In this document: positions 40,591 to 53,300 of the stretch, in pieces
Layout of the letters: every line of letters starts with the position of its first letter
How positions within the stretch are numbered: the first letter of the stretch is position 1
Assembly (NCBI GenBank): GCA_964035545.1
Contig: OZ037765.1
Span: 24,861,504 to 24,925,503 of the forward strand
Length of the DNA stretch: 64,000 bases
Direction: 5' to 3'
Origin: Bugula neritina
Lineage: Eukaryota > Animalia > Bryozoa
The notes under the pieces: generated by a model
Seen by the model: the letters and a program-made list of their open reading frames with translations, nothing else
Told to the model about the DNA's origin: nothing
Database searches by the model: none
Program-made: the position numbers and the translations under genes

Positions 40591-43500
40591 CTATAAGGCT
40601 ACTTCATAAGAGTCTACAACAGCTTGTGATTCCTGGTGAGAAGAATTAGCAGTATCTGGTGGTACTCTAGCAGACTTGACCGCAGAAGACTGTCTAAATT
40701 TATTGTCCTCTACAGCCTTGCCACTGCAGTAACCTTCACAATTGGAGCGTCTATTGTAATTACTGCTCACCTGCTCTACATGTTCAGTCTGTATACACAT
40801 GCCTGTCATTGACTCCATTGTTGATAATTCGTCTTCTGGTAGCAAGTTGTTGAGTGAAGAAGCATGACCATTATCTCTCAACTTATTTGGTAATCTCATT
40901 TCAGAAATAATACTACTGGCAACACTTTTGGTTTCATCACCACCCTCACAGTTCGAGCTTTCCAACTACAAAACAAGACTTTCCTTACAAAATAAACTTG
41001 CAACTAACAATAAGTTTGCAGCACAAAAGCTGCTAAGCACTGAAACCCACTGTTTCGTTTATTGTATGAAACATTCTAAGCATCTGTAACATATCCATAA
41101 CGTAGTGAAACTCGTTTTATACAAGTATAGATAAAAATACTAAATATGTTTTCTGAATCACTTGAAAACAATTAAAGTAATTTATTTTAAATATCGAACA
41201 CACTACTTTAAAGTTTGGACTATAATATTATTGTCTGTAGTCAAAACAGGGCTGCCTAATCACATTGATCAGCATTAAAACTGTCAGAAGCATCTTGGCG
41301 ACAACACAAATACAGCTTTGCAATGGTTTACCCAATGAAATTGATTTTATAGTGCATTTCAACTAGTATACCTTCATCAGCTTGAGTAACATGGCATGGT
41401 GCCTGGTAGAAAAAAGAGTTAGTGAAATCTATTTTTGGTGAAACAGTAATTTAAAGCTTCCAGCAAATATATTTGTGTTTCTCATTGCCATCAGAAGTCA
41501 AACAAAAAGTTTACGTGTATAAGATTTATATTATACAACCAAATTGCTTTAGCACTTGTACTTGTATCAATTGTATTTATACAATAACCAAAATACTTCT
41601 GGATGAACGAAAGTAGACGGCCCCGTTTTAATGATGCAGTTAAACATGTTGGAATGCTTCAGCAACCTATACGCCATGGTATGAGGGGTGGGTGGAATGG
41701 GATGAGTCTCAATGCACTAAGTCAATTCTTGAAAGAACCATGCATTCAAAGCTGGTAATACAAAGCAGGCATAGCAAACTTACCATTTCTTTATTGATGA
41801 CCTAATAATTAGTCACCAACTGTTAAGTTAAGTCACTTAAACAGCAATTCAAATAATAGATGCCTAGCTATTTTTACATAACTTGCAAAAGCAACAAAAA
41901 AACTAAATCCTAATACACCTTGATTTGATTTGCATTGATTTTCAAAGTTCAAATTTTGATAAGCAGCTCAATGTGTTCAGCAGTGGCACTTGCTTTCAGT
42001 AAAAATATAAAATTTACCCTTTAGAACAGTCTAATTTTTAAGGTTGACTATTTTATTTCTTAACTCAACAACCCACAAGAACATGGCTATAGATCTACTA
42101 CTAATTGATTAGTCTGTTACAGAGCAAGCTTAGTATGGTGAATTATAAGGTCAAATATTATAATGCAGACAAAATAGGCTAAGGGTAAAATTCAACATAA
42201 AAAACCTAAAAACTTAACATAACTTATACCTTTGTATAAAGATGTGCTCGGCCAGAAGTATTTCCATTCGTAGAAGAATTGTCTACATATACATGAACCT
42301 TGTCCGGTGACGCCTTTACCATTTTAACTTTTTTCAGTAAATCTTTCTTAGGTTTCCTTCCAACCAATCTGCAAATCGTTATACATTGTGAGAAAAGAAA
42401 TAAATAGCTACCAACATTTGATTATATAATTCTTTTTTTCTGGTAAGAGAAGTGCTATTTGGATAAGGATACATACTTTGGCAGCCTGGAGCCAAAACAC
42501 AAGTGAGCCCAGTTGCGGATACAACCCTTTGTAAAAGGATTATGCCCTCCTTTGAATTTTCCAGTTACCTGCAAATAAAATTTTAAAAAATAGTTAAGGG
42601 ATATTAATTAAAGGAAATTAGTTATGGCTAACAACTTGAGTCCTTTTTTTAGATAGAATTGAAGTTCATTTTTAAGAACATTCTGCTAAATCAAAAACCA
42701 TTGGTTTACTTATAAAGATATTTTGTTTAATGCAGACACCAAATGTGAATTCAGGCTAGTGAGGACTTGAAAAGTTATAACACAATAATTTAAATTGTCA
42801 TACTAATATTTTGGCAAAGTCTTATTTCATTATTAGAGAACCTAAATTGTAAAATTTGCAACACAATATGATTGGCAATAAAAGCTATAACTTTATAAGA
42901 CAAGCTGAAATGGATAGTCTAAAGAAAGTCTGTCATTGTCAGTATGTTTATGAGAACACTTTATAATCTAAAAGCTTGTGAGGTAACAGAATTCTTTCGA
43001 ATTTGGTTCCCAATACAGATGGAGATAGAAAGAGTATTTCACAGATGATTCTTGGTTAAACAAAATTAAGATATGAATGAAGCTAAGTTACCTGTTCATT
43101 GGTAGTCCGACCTTTAGATATCAAAAATATGTGAAAACCAAGAAGAGCTGTCACCGGTACCATTAAAAGTGAATCCAAAACAGCAACACAAATACTGTCA
43201 GAGGGAGTTAAGAATATTAGTATATTCAGAGACAATGCTTCATTCTGAGCAAAAGATATACAGCCAAATTGCTTTTGGCTCCAGTGTCAATCTCATTACC
43301 TAACATGAAGTATACTTCATAACATGGTCACGCTAATCTAATTGGATATGAATCAATGCAAAATATTGACATCAAAACTTAATAACAATAAAGAAAAAAC
43401 ATTTCCAAAGGATACGTAATTATAGGAGTGTATTCAAGAAAGTTTGTGCCTTCCTTCTTCATTAAGTGCAGGGAGAATATGCAGAATGCTAGAACACTCA

Positions 43501-44742
43501 ACATGTGTGCAGTGAGAGATACAAGGTATGTAAAGAAATACTTGTAGTTTCTGCTTCCAATGCAATTGTTGACCCATGGGCAATGATGGTCAAACGTCTA
43601 CAATATAAAAAAAACTCTGAGATATTCTGAAAAAATGCAAAATTTTATTCAATTCTAAAATATTGCAAAAGGCGATTTCAATACAAAACCTAACTTAGAA
43701 TTTGTCATCCTGGGCTATTTAAAACACTATGACAATTACATAACTGTATTTCCAACAGTAAATAGCTCACATCAACACAGTAATTGCAGATACTGCAGTG
43801 AGAACACCTTGGCGGTCGATAGAACATGCATGTTGTGCACCATTTCATTCTAACCGTTACACCATTAATATTGATGTTTTGATGAAGTGGTGATCTTTGA
43901 TCGTCAACTGCTTCATCATCTGAAGCTACAGCAGAAACAAAATTAGACAAATGCAAATTCAAGCCTTAAATTGCGCCAAAAACCAACTGAATTTTTTTTT
44001 CAAATCGCTATCTAAAACTCATAATACGCACCACGTGGGTATCTCCCAGGATCTATTACAGTTGCCACAGTAAAGTTGGCAATAACAAAGAAAAATAATA
44101 TCCCATCATATATTATATGAGCAGACCACGAGTGGTTCTGTGCAAGATAAAGACATCTACAATTATATAAATTAAAATTATAACATCAGTTTTCCTGTAT
44201 TGAAGAGATGCAACATGACCTGAATAAAGATGAGTAAAACGTATTACAAGCACAACTAACATTACAAGTATTTACTGCATGGCAGCAACTATTGAGCTGT
44301 TGGTATTAAAAAAGTATGGATGAATATGTCAAAGGCACATGCTCAGTCAATACTTTTCTGCTACTAACATAGATTCAAAAATCTTCTATATTTTATAAAT
44401 AATTAAAATAGTAATATCGCTATAACATTATGTATAATTATATGCATTTAAGAAGCATAATCAAAAGAATTTCAACTAAAATTTTCCAAGACCTTTCAAC
44501 AATGCTTAATCTATACAACATTATAGAACAGTTACTGGCTGTTGATATTTTTCAAATTGCAACAATTTATAGTTGAAATTGCTGTGTACAAAATATTATA
44601 TACAAGTTCAATTGCTAAAAACGCATAAAAATTGAAAAAGAGTAGATAGCAATACATACGGAAATCCATAAAAGAGACCAGTAAGAACTAAAGTAAGGGT
44701 CCAAGAACTGCAAGCAGGAGCATATCGTGAACACAGCCCCAT
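40591..44742 (-). CDS. ZDHHC5/8: Palmitoyltransferase of the ZDHHC5/ZDHHC8 subfamily, multi-exon
   Basis: [11 protein letters not shown]...; [50 protein letters not shown] (DHHC-CRD); [19 protein letters not shown]; C-terminal YEVAL* resembling the YEISV PDZ ligand of ZDHHC5/8. Confidence 0.9.
43195..43415 (-). other. U12-type (minor spliceosome) GT-AG intron in the ZDHHC5/8 gene
   Basis: 5' splice site GTATCCTTT; branch site TTCTTAAC at 43214-43207, ~12 nt from the terminal AG; no polypyrimidine tract of U2 length; splice keeps frame (PIIT|ICVAV). Confidence 0.9.
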
Positions 44743-45929
44743 GTCTTCCAATATCTTCCAATTGTGTTTAGTCCAGACTCACATCAAATCAAAGTGAATA
44801 CACCAAGCTTAGCATAATAACATGGTATTCATTTGTCTTCTCTGTTATTACATCTATACTTGTAGACAATAGACTACAAGCATACACAAAGTGTCTATTC
44901 TAATAGACTGCCAACAGAATTGTACTGCAATTACTTTCAGTTGCTAACATCTAGATTCTAGTACAACACTTACCGTTAGTAACTGTAACAATATTGACTG
45001 TAATAAATGTATGAAATACCAAAATTTGGTATAATTTTTGTACTTTTGTCAGTGTTATTAAATTATCAAAATAATGCCTTAATGCAACAAGCAAATACTT
45101 CTGCTATCAATGAAAATTACAATTATTAAATAGACTATAAATATCAGCTTCAAGTAACCAGCATTAGCGCTCTCCAATATCAAGTATTCAATCAGTGTTA
45201 GTAGGAGATCAATAGATCAATGATCAAGAATGACTATGATAATCAATTTATTTTCATAATCATTTACACAATAAGCTTTACAAATTCAATGTGAATACCA
45301 TTATTATTTTAATTAAAGCTAACAATATTTATATTATCAACATCAATATGATGTTGATAATATATGATCATAACTTTCAATGAACAGGTTTATGACAATT
45401 ATATTATTATCAGAATGAATAATGTAAACTAATAGTAATACTAATAGTAATAGTAATATAACTGAGGGTAATATTATTACTATGAGCATCATGATCAGCA
45501 AGTATTAGTATTACTATTAGTATTAGTATAACTATTAGTAATTACTAATTACTAATTAAATTTGCCTTCAGTTATATTTATAGTTATAGATATAGCCTAC
45601 TCATAGTGATAGTACTAGTAGTACTGATTGAGTGATAGTGAATGTGATAGTGTCACATTTACTTTTACTTTTAAAATCACTGTAGTAAGTACTAGTACTC
45701 AGTAGTAGTAGTAACACAATTATTACTATAAAATTAAAATTTAATATAATTAATATTAGCATTGTGATTACAGTAATACTAATACTAATAGTAATACAGT
45801 AAGAGTAATACTAATACTTATAGTTATACTAATAGTAATTAATTTCAGTTAAAGAATGGCTACTAAAACTAAGGAAATTATTATTATTAATATTATTATA
45901 TGATTAATTATTATATTATTGTGATTATC

Positions 45930-46330
45930 TACTTTTCGTTGCTCAAACCTAAAATGAGTCAAATGCCTACCAAGTATGACAGGCCGTTAGGATACTATGC
46001 TAGGCTTTTGGCCTTAATTAGACTCTGTTAACATTATCAATCAATTACGTCCTGGCTCGAAAATGGCTCGGCGGTTAGCTTAGAATCACTGAACCTTATT
46101 TAATTTCTAGCCAACCATATTATTCAAAGCAACCTTGCCGCAAGGATGGGTAAGTAGAGTTATCCTTTCTTTGCTAATTACTCAAACGTCATTTAGCGGG
46201 AAAATTAGACTCAAAACCTATAGCTTAAAGGCTCTCTTTTTTTATATCTTGACTTTTAATATATAAGTACGCGTATTCAATTGCAACTTGTAGAACAGAA
46301 GCGATAATTGAATTCTTACGCAAAGTTTTA
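45930..46330. promoter_or_regulatory. Putative bidirectional promoter / first non-coding exons of ZDHHC5/8 (-) and the TLDc gene (+)
   Basis: Relatively GC/CpG-richer island between two divergent genes, flanked on both sides by AT-rich low-complexity tracts. Strong + strand donor ATGG|GTAAGT at 46149/46150. Confidence 0.45.
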
Positions 46331-47328
46331 ACCATTGAACTATAACCCAAGAGTAATATAAATAATTTATGGTACTAAAGTTTTATTTCAGTGCTCAGTG
46401 GGAATTAACAGACTTTAACTTTCACTTTGTGAATGTGTGCAGTTGTTTTTGAAGGTTCAGTAATAGTCTTCAGCACCTGTAAATCTTGTCGTATAACTTT
46501 AATTTATCGCAAGTACTAATACTAATAGTAATACTAATACTAATAGTAATACTAATAGCAATACTAATTAGTAATACTAATACTAATAGTAATAGTATGA
46601 CTAAGTATTACTATTAGTATTAGTATTAGCCATTAGGCGTTACTACTACTATTAGACTTAGACTTAGAGTATAAATATTGCATTTACATTTATTTAGTTA
46701 TAGTATTATTCATTTATAATTATTGTTACTATAACTATAAGTATAACTATAACTAATTACTATTAGTATTGTAACTATATTAATAAATTTGTTATTACTC
46801 ATTACTTATACTAGTTATAGTTATTAGTATGAAATTTACTATTAGTATTATTATTAATCTTATTGATATTGTCAGTGAGAATATTGGTGATATAAATTTA
46901 TTACAACCAATGCCATTAGTTTTAAAACACAAGACTAAGTATCACATTAACCTTAACTGATATTCATCTTGGTATTGATGGCCATAGTTGATGTTATAAC
47001 GATAATTAAATTTGCTGAGCTTTAGGGCTTAAGTTATAACTTTCATAATTATCATTTAACTTCAGCTTTATCAGTTAGTGAGTCTCAGTTTTAGTTTATT
47101 GCTGATTTATAATTATTCATAATCAATTTCATATTCATATTGTAAATTTTAATTGACTAAACTAGTCTTATTAATATAATTAAGGTAATAATAATATTTG
47201 TTGGTAAATCAATCAAATATTATCTATAGCAATTTCTTGATGTACAGGTCCATTGATGAAATAAAACCAATTTTTTGCACTAAAACCTGGTATTCTCATA
47301 ATTACAGCTATTGCATATTTGTTCAATA

Positions 47329-50300
47329 ATGGGAAATGGGCACAGCGGTGATGAAGGTAGTAAACCTCCTGACACTCGGAGACCCAGGCAGCAACGCCAA
47401 ACAATCACCAACACCCCCTACCTTAAATCTCTCTTTCAGGTACAGCTTCCTTTTTAGTTCAGACTAATAGTAGGTGTTGTGACAATCTAAAATATCTTAC
47501 TTCAAACAATATATAGTAAATTATACATAAATACATACACACACAAAATATAAGGTACAGATTATTTCTGTTAGGTACGTTTCACTTTGTTCACAATGTT
47601 TTTTCTATTTGAAATCATTTAAAATAATTGCATTGCTCATCTGTAAGAATGTTTATATTGTAGAAACTTGCCCGAAAATCAGATGATACTTCCAGTGAAG
47701 GCACTCATGTCACACAACAGATCTTTGAGGTTTGTTCAGTATATTTTTCTTTTTTGCTTTAGATTCAACTTTTTGTCCTGCCTTTTGCATGTGCTTCGTT
47801 TTCAGTTTATCTTAACAGCAACATATCATGTAATACATACCTTAGACCAGTAAAACCAGCCTTTTTCAGGATTCTCAGTTTATCGAGAATGGAAGCATGT
47901 AGGCTTGGTAACTGTCTAAACCTGCTAACTCTGGAGGAAATAGTTTCGCTGACTTTACAAATTAAGTCAATGCCAGTTTTAATAGAAGGTTTTATCAAGG
48001 AGCAGCTTGAAAGGCCTGTTGGTTGTTACATATTAAATGTATTTGTATAAGTTGATGTAAATATCACTTTTCACCACCACTTTACCAGGATGCTTTCAAT
48101 GGGCCTCTCAGAGTTCTGGGGAAGTTGTTGTTCACTCATATAAAGGCACACGGAAAGAATGCCAGGAGAGCGAGTATCCACCTGGAGGAGTTTCTTAGAG
48201 TGTCCAGTGATGTCATGAGTGTGCTCACTAACACCCAGCAGCTAAATTACTACTACGACGTCTTCTCTCAGGGTAAAGACTTATCTCTAGAAGGTAATTA
48301 TTATTATATGTCAGTTATTACAACGTTTCCTAATAGAAAAATATCATAGAGTAGTGTGTTACTAAGTTTATATTGCACTTGGGTCATATTTATATCTAGT
48401 TTAAGTTTCAGTTTTAAAGTGACCAGTTCACTTTGCTGATTCTGTTTTCAGATGTCTCCATTCATGATTTTGTAAATTCAGCTCTGTGGATCAAGCTGTA
48501 TTTTGAAAAATGGGAAAGTATTTATAAGTTTATTTAACTTGATTGGAGCTATAGTGGATTTTGTAAAATTTTGCGATAGTTTTTTAAAGGATAGCGTTAT
48601 AAGGTTTTTTGTTGAAAAACTTCTCTCTAAATAAAGTGTACCAACTAACTACTTGTTGAGGATTATAGTTCAGGTTTTTTAATGCAGCTGCACAGCTTAA
48701 TGTCTTCACTTGGTAAAGCTAAGTACTGTCATGTTCCATCATAGACTGGTTAAGTAAGCTATAGTAATACAATATCTACTTGTAGTAGTTGTAATAGTAG
48801 TTGTAGTAGTAGTAGTTGTAGTAGTAGTAGTTGTAATAGTGTTGGCTAGTCTCCACTGTCTTAGTACCATTTGATGGGAGGTACTACACAGGAAGTAAGT
48901 AATGTAGCTGTAAAAGGTCTATTATTATCTCATTGGGTAAATATTGTTATAGTGAATATGTAGCTCAACAGTGTGGCACTATTCTGACCTTACATAGTTG
49001 AATAGCAGACGGTTGCTTAACTAGAAAATGATGACATTTGATTGCTATTAATCCACTGAGCTGGAATATACCTGGAGAGGCCAAGGACGTTTTAGCGTGG
49101 CCAAATAGTTTAGCTCCGCCTTAACATGGAAAACTTAACCACGCCTACTTGTTTTGCACACAGCAGTAGTAGTAAAATCCATTATAAATGCAAGCTATTA
49201 GAGCTAATAAATTAAGGAAAACACTAAAAAATAATGAAAATTCAGCACTGTGAAGCAGGAATCAATTATTTTGTTTATTTTACTTTTGGTATTTGTAATT
49301 TCATGACTAATTATCATTTTATGAAACATGTACCTCAAGTATATATGATGATAACTTTAATAACCTAACAAATGCATTACATATTTATTGATTAGATCAA
49401 CACATTAGTCAAAATGAAATGAAAAGCAACAGCAAAGCAAATTTCAGCCTTAGTACATGAAAACTGACAGTAAAGATAACAAGTATAAAAGTTTATAAAT
49501 AATATAAAAAACAGATGGTAAAACACAGCTTTACAAAACAGGCAAGTAACAGATTTCCTTAAACCTTTCAAAGTTTTAAATTCTGTTTTGAAAGCAATAA
49601 GAGATTAAAATAAAATTACAGAATAAACAAAAATTAATATTATATTGCAATAACAATATTTGTGATTATCTAATGTTATAATATAAATACAATAAATATG
49701 ATTAATTAACCACATCCTTATTACTGGCCTCTAAACAGTACATTTTTGTTGCTACATTGCCTGAAATTTAGTTTGTGCATAGCAATATTTGTTAGTTTAG
49801 CAATGTGGTGCTGGAATAAGTCATAATAAACTTCAATAAGCAAATTTAAAAGGGAGAAATGATGATTTTCAATGCCTAATGATGTTTCCATGGAATGTTG
49901 AGCAATTCCAAATATGTCATATTTACCAATTTCTTGCTTCACATCTATTTGTAGCTGAAGTAATTTCACGAACTTTTGGCCTTTTAGGTGTTTGTGAGTG
50001 CATAAACAAGTGGTAATAACTCCATCTGAAGGTATAGTAAGCCCACCATTGTTTTTAACATGCAATAGTTTTTTGAGCTTACCATACTTGAGACTGCAGC
50101 ACTCCTTGTTCACTAGAGCTTGCCTGCACTCTAGACATGTTACTTTTCTTAGTGCCTTTCGGACAACCCACCCAGAGATGTAGACAACAACATTACCCAA
50201 AACAGGGCCAGCTAAAACCCTTACTTTTTCAGCAGGTTTTAACTCATCATGAATGAAGATATCCGCATTATCTTCCTGAGAAAATGGTGGAATATAGCTA

Positions 50301-53300
50301 GTTGAAGCGAGAATAGCAGTTGTGTTATCTAATGGCTTAGAATTTCCTGAGTTGCCTGGATGTACACCACATCGGGTCACCAATTTTCTAAAGATAGACT
50401 GAAAGCCAGTTACAGATGGGTTATTATTCCATCCACCTAAAACAGATATTAGGTTGACGACTTTAAAAAAATGCTTGGACATCAATTGCCTGTTCACAAT
50501 TAATGATTGGATTACGTTTACCCAGAAAAAATGATGTTTTTTAGAACACAAGCAAAACCTTGCATGCAATTAAGCCAAAAAAGTCATTTAATTTAAAAAA
50601 TGCACAATTGCTTTGACACCACAGTTTTGGAAATTTTTGAAAATTCATTATTCTTGTTTCTTGATATTCAAAAGTTGATAAAATATACTTCATATTGCAT
50701 GCATTTTAACCACTAAGCTCATGCAAAAAAATTCACTTTTCAACACAGTTGGTCCAGCCGACCATCTTAGTTGCACCTATCAAAGCAAAGTGAAAAACCG
50801 AACACCTGAAGGAAAGAGATAAGAGAGTAAGAGAACAAATGAACATGTTAACATAAGTGCATGCAGACTGGGCTTCATGCATAGCTGTTCAGAGCTATAG
50901 CATACCACAACGGCGAACTGCATTGAAGAAAAGCTCTAAATGGTCTTGCGAAAATTTATACATTAGCAGATAGTCGAGTGTTTTAGGCACCAACAGTTTC
51001 TCCACCAACCCAAATACTGTGTCAATGGCACATACAAGTCCAGTAATACAAACATGTCTGTAAATAACATAAATAGGGACAGGCACATATTAGATCTGAA
51101 ATATAAGCAATTAACACTTTCTTTGTTAATAGGAAATTTACCTTTTGGTCTTGTACAGAGGTATCCCTTCATTATTCTTTAGGCCTAGCAAATATTGCCG
51201 TGTATCTTTCAGAAAAGGAGTGATGACACTGATACCATTGAGATGTAAAGGCTGCTTGTAGCCTTTAGCTATTGCTGATCGACTATTCAGGATGTCAAAC
51301 AACCGATCAACTCGCTACAGAAAAAGTAACATCAACAGAACATGGGACGATTGCAGTTACAGTATTTTAAAGAAATAAAGCCAAAAGCTGTAACAAACCC
51401 TATTTATACCAGGCTTACAGTCAACATTTTCCATCCATCTATAAAACATTAATTGTTGTCACATGATGTAGTCAATATCTAAGGATTATTTTATTTCAAA
51501 TGCTGATTAAAGAACATCTTACCGCCTCAGGGATCGTGGGGATGGGAGTGTCATGTAACTTCTGAGAAACTCATAAGCCTTTGGTGAGTAGAGATGTAGC
51601 GTTAGTGCAAATTTTTGCTGACTTTCTGAGTATTTGCCACGGAGTGGAGTGAATAGGCCATCAGGAACATCTGTATGGTAATATCAACTTTAGACAGAGT
51701 TTCAACTGAAAATGTCAAGGCGTTATTAAATTGTAAAATCATACCAGCAAAACCTTTCAACTTTTCCTCCAATTCACCATTGATCAAACTTTTTTCTCTG
51801 ACCAACTTGATGCATTCTGCAAGCTTCATTTTTGATCTTTTGGCACGTCTAGTTGAATTGCTAACTTGCTTCTGTAATTGGCTAACCTTTTCTTCTAAAA
51901 ACCTAACTCTTTGCTTCAAAGCATCGGGAGTGGTACTATAGCAATGATCCTGTATCATATGAAATTATTCAACTTTAATACAAAAATAACCAAATGTAGA
52001 AAAAATATATTATTATAGTATACAGCACAGCTATTTACCATAAAGTGGCAAGTAAATACATCAATATTAAGTCATAGTTAAATAAGCTATCTAATAACCT
52101 TAAGAACTACAGCTGCTGAAGTGTTCAAGCTCATTTTAGTGGTTTCAATTGAAATCTCATCTTTTTCTTCAGCACGGCGACTAGTATGAGTAGTTCGGGG
52201 AGTTCTTTTTCTCTAAAAATTGAAATATACAGATGTGCAAGCACAATAATTAATTTTATCATTCCAATGACTGTTGCATGAATATCAACTTACTATAAGT
52301 CTCTCTGGAACAGCAACCAATTCCTCTGCTGGAACAGCTCCACTTCGCAAACGCCGAGGTTGGCTTGTGCTTTCGAAAGAATCGCTATAAAAATGATCGC
52401 TACACAGTAGAGATCTTTCACTAGGTTCTTCTTGGCGGCGAGAAACTTTCCACCAAACATTCCAACGACTGAAGTCCTTCTGCTTGTTGGGAAATCTAAA
52501 TAAAAAAATACTGCACTAGCCAAAATTATTTACAAACTGATATGTTATGCTTTATCAATAGTGCAACCTATTTAAACCATAAAAACATTAAAACTTTAGG
52601 TAACCGTAAAATCCAATATCAATCAACAGAAGATTTTCAATATTTATTAAAGAGAGTAAATTAATCCAGTAATGCTTTAAAAATAATAAACTTGCTGTAA
52701 ATAACATCAACATAATAAAGTTGTTAGCAATAATAATAGTGACATCAATATGAGTAGATATTCAGAGTGAGTCACTCACACTTCGACTTTCACATTTTCA
52801 CATTGTGTAGTTACTGTTATTGTTGATCATAATAATACTATTAGTAATAGTACTATTCATACTCATACTGATACTCGAATTATAATAACAATTTATGAGT
52901 AAGTTACTACTACTACTGAGTACCTGTACTGGTAGTAGTAGTAGTAGTAGTACTAGCAGTTGTAGTACTAGTGCTCTACTAATAACAATAACACTAGCAG
53001 TAGGCTAGTAGTACTAGCAGTTGTAGTACTAGTGCTCTAGTTTCAATAACACTAGCAGCAGGCTAGTAGTAGTAGTAGCAGTAGTAGTAGCAGCAGCAGT
53101 AGTAGTAGTAGTAGTAGCAGCAGCAGCAGTAGCAACAGCAGCAGCAGTAGTACTTTTATACTGGTACCGTAAGTATAGCATTAGGCTTAGCTATTAGTAT
53201 TACTATTAGTATTAGTGTATTACTATAGTACTACTATTACTAGTAGTAGACGTAGTAGAGTACTACTACTACTAGTACTAGTACTACTAGTAGGCAGCAG

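Noticed and set aside
42463-42476. Second GTATCCTT U12-like donor in ZDHHC5/8
   Set aside because: It lies 4 nt inside an intron whose GTATGT donor gives the correct phase, and no U12 branch site precedes the acceptor.
52381-52400. Apparent frameshift in the THAP exon
   Set aside because: Recounting the A5 run gives an open frame (LCSDHFYSDSFES...AVP); the ORF-track peptide at 52293-52523 is a different frame.
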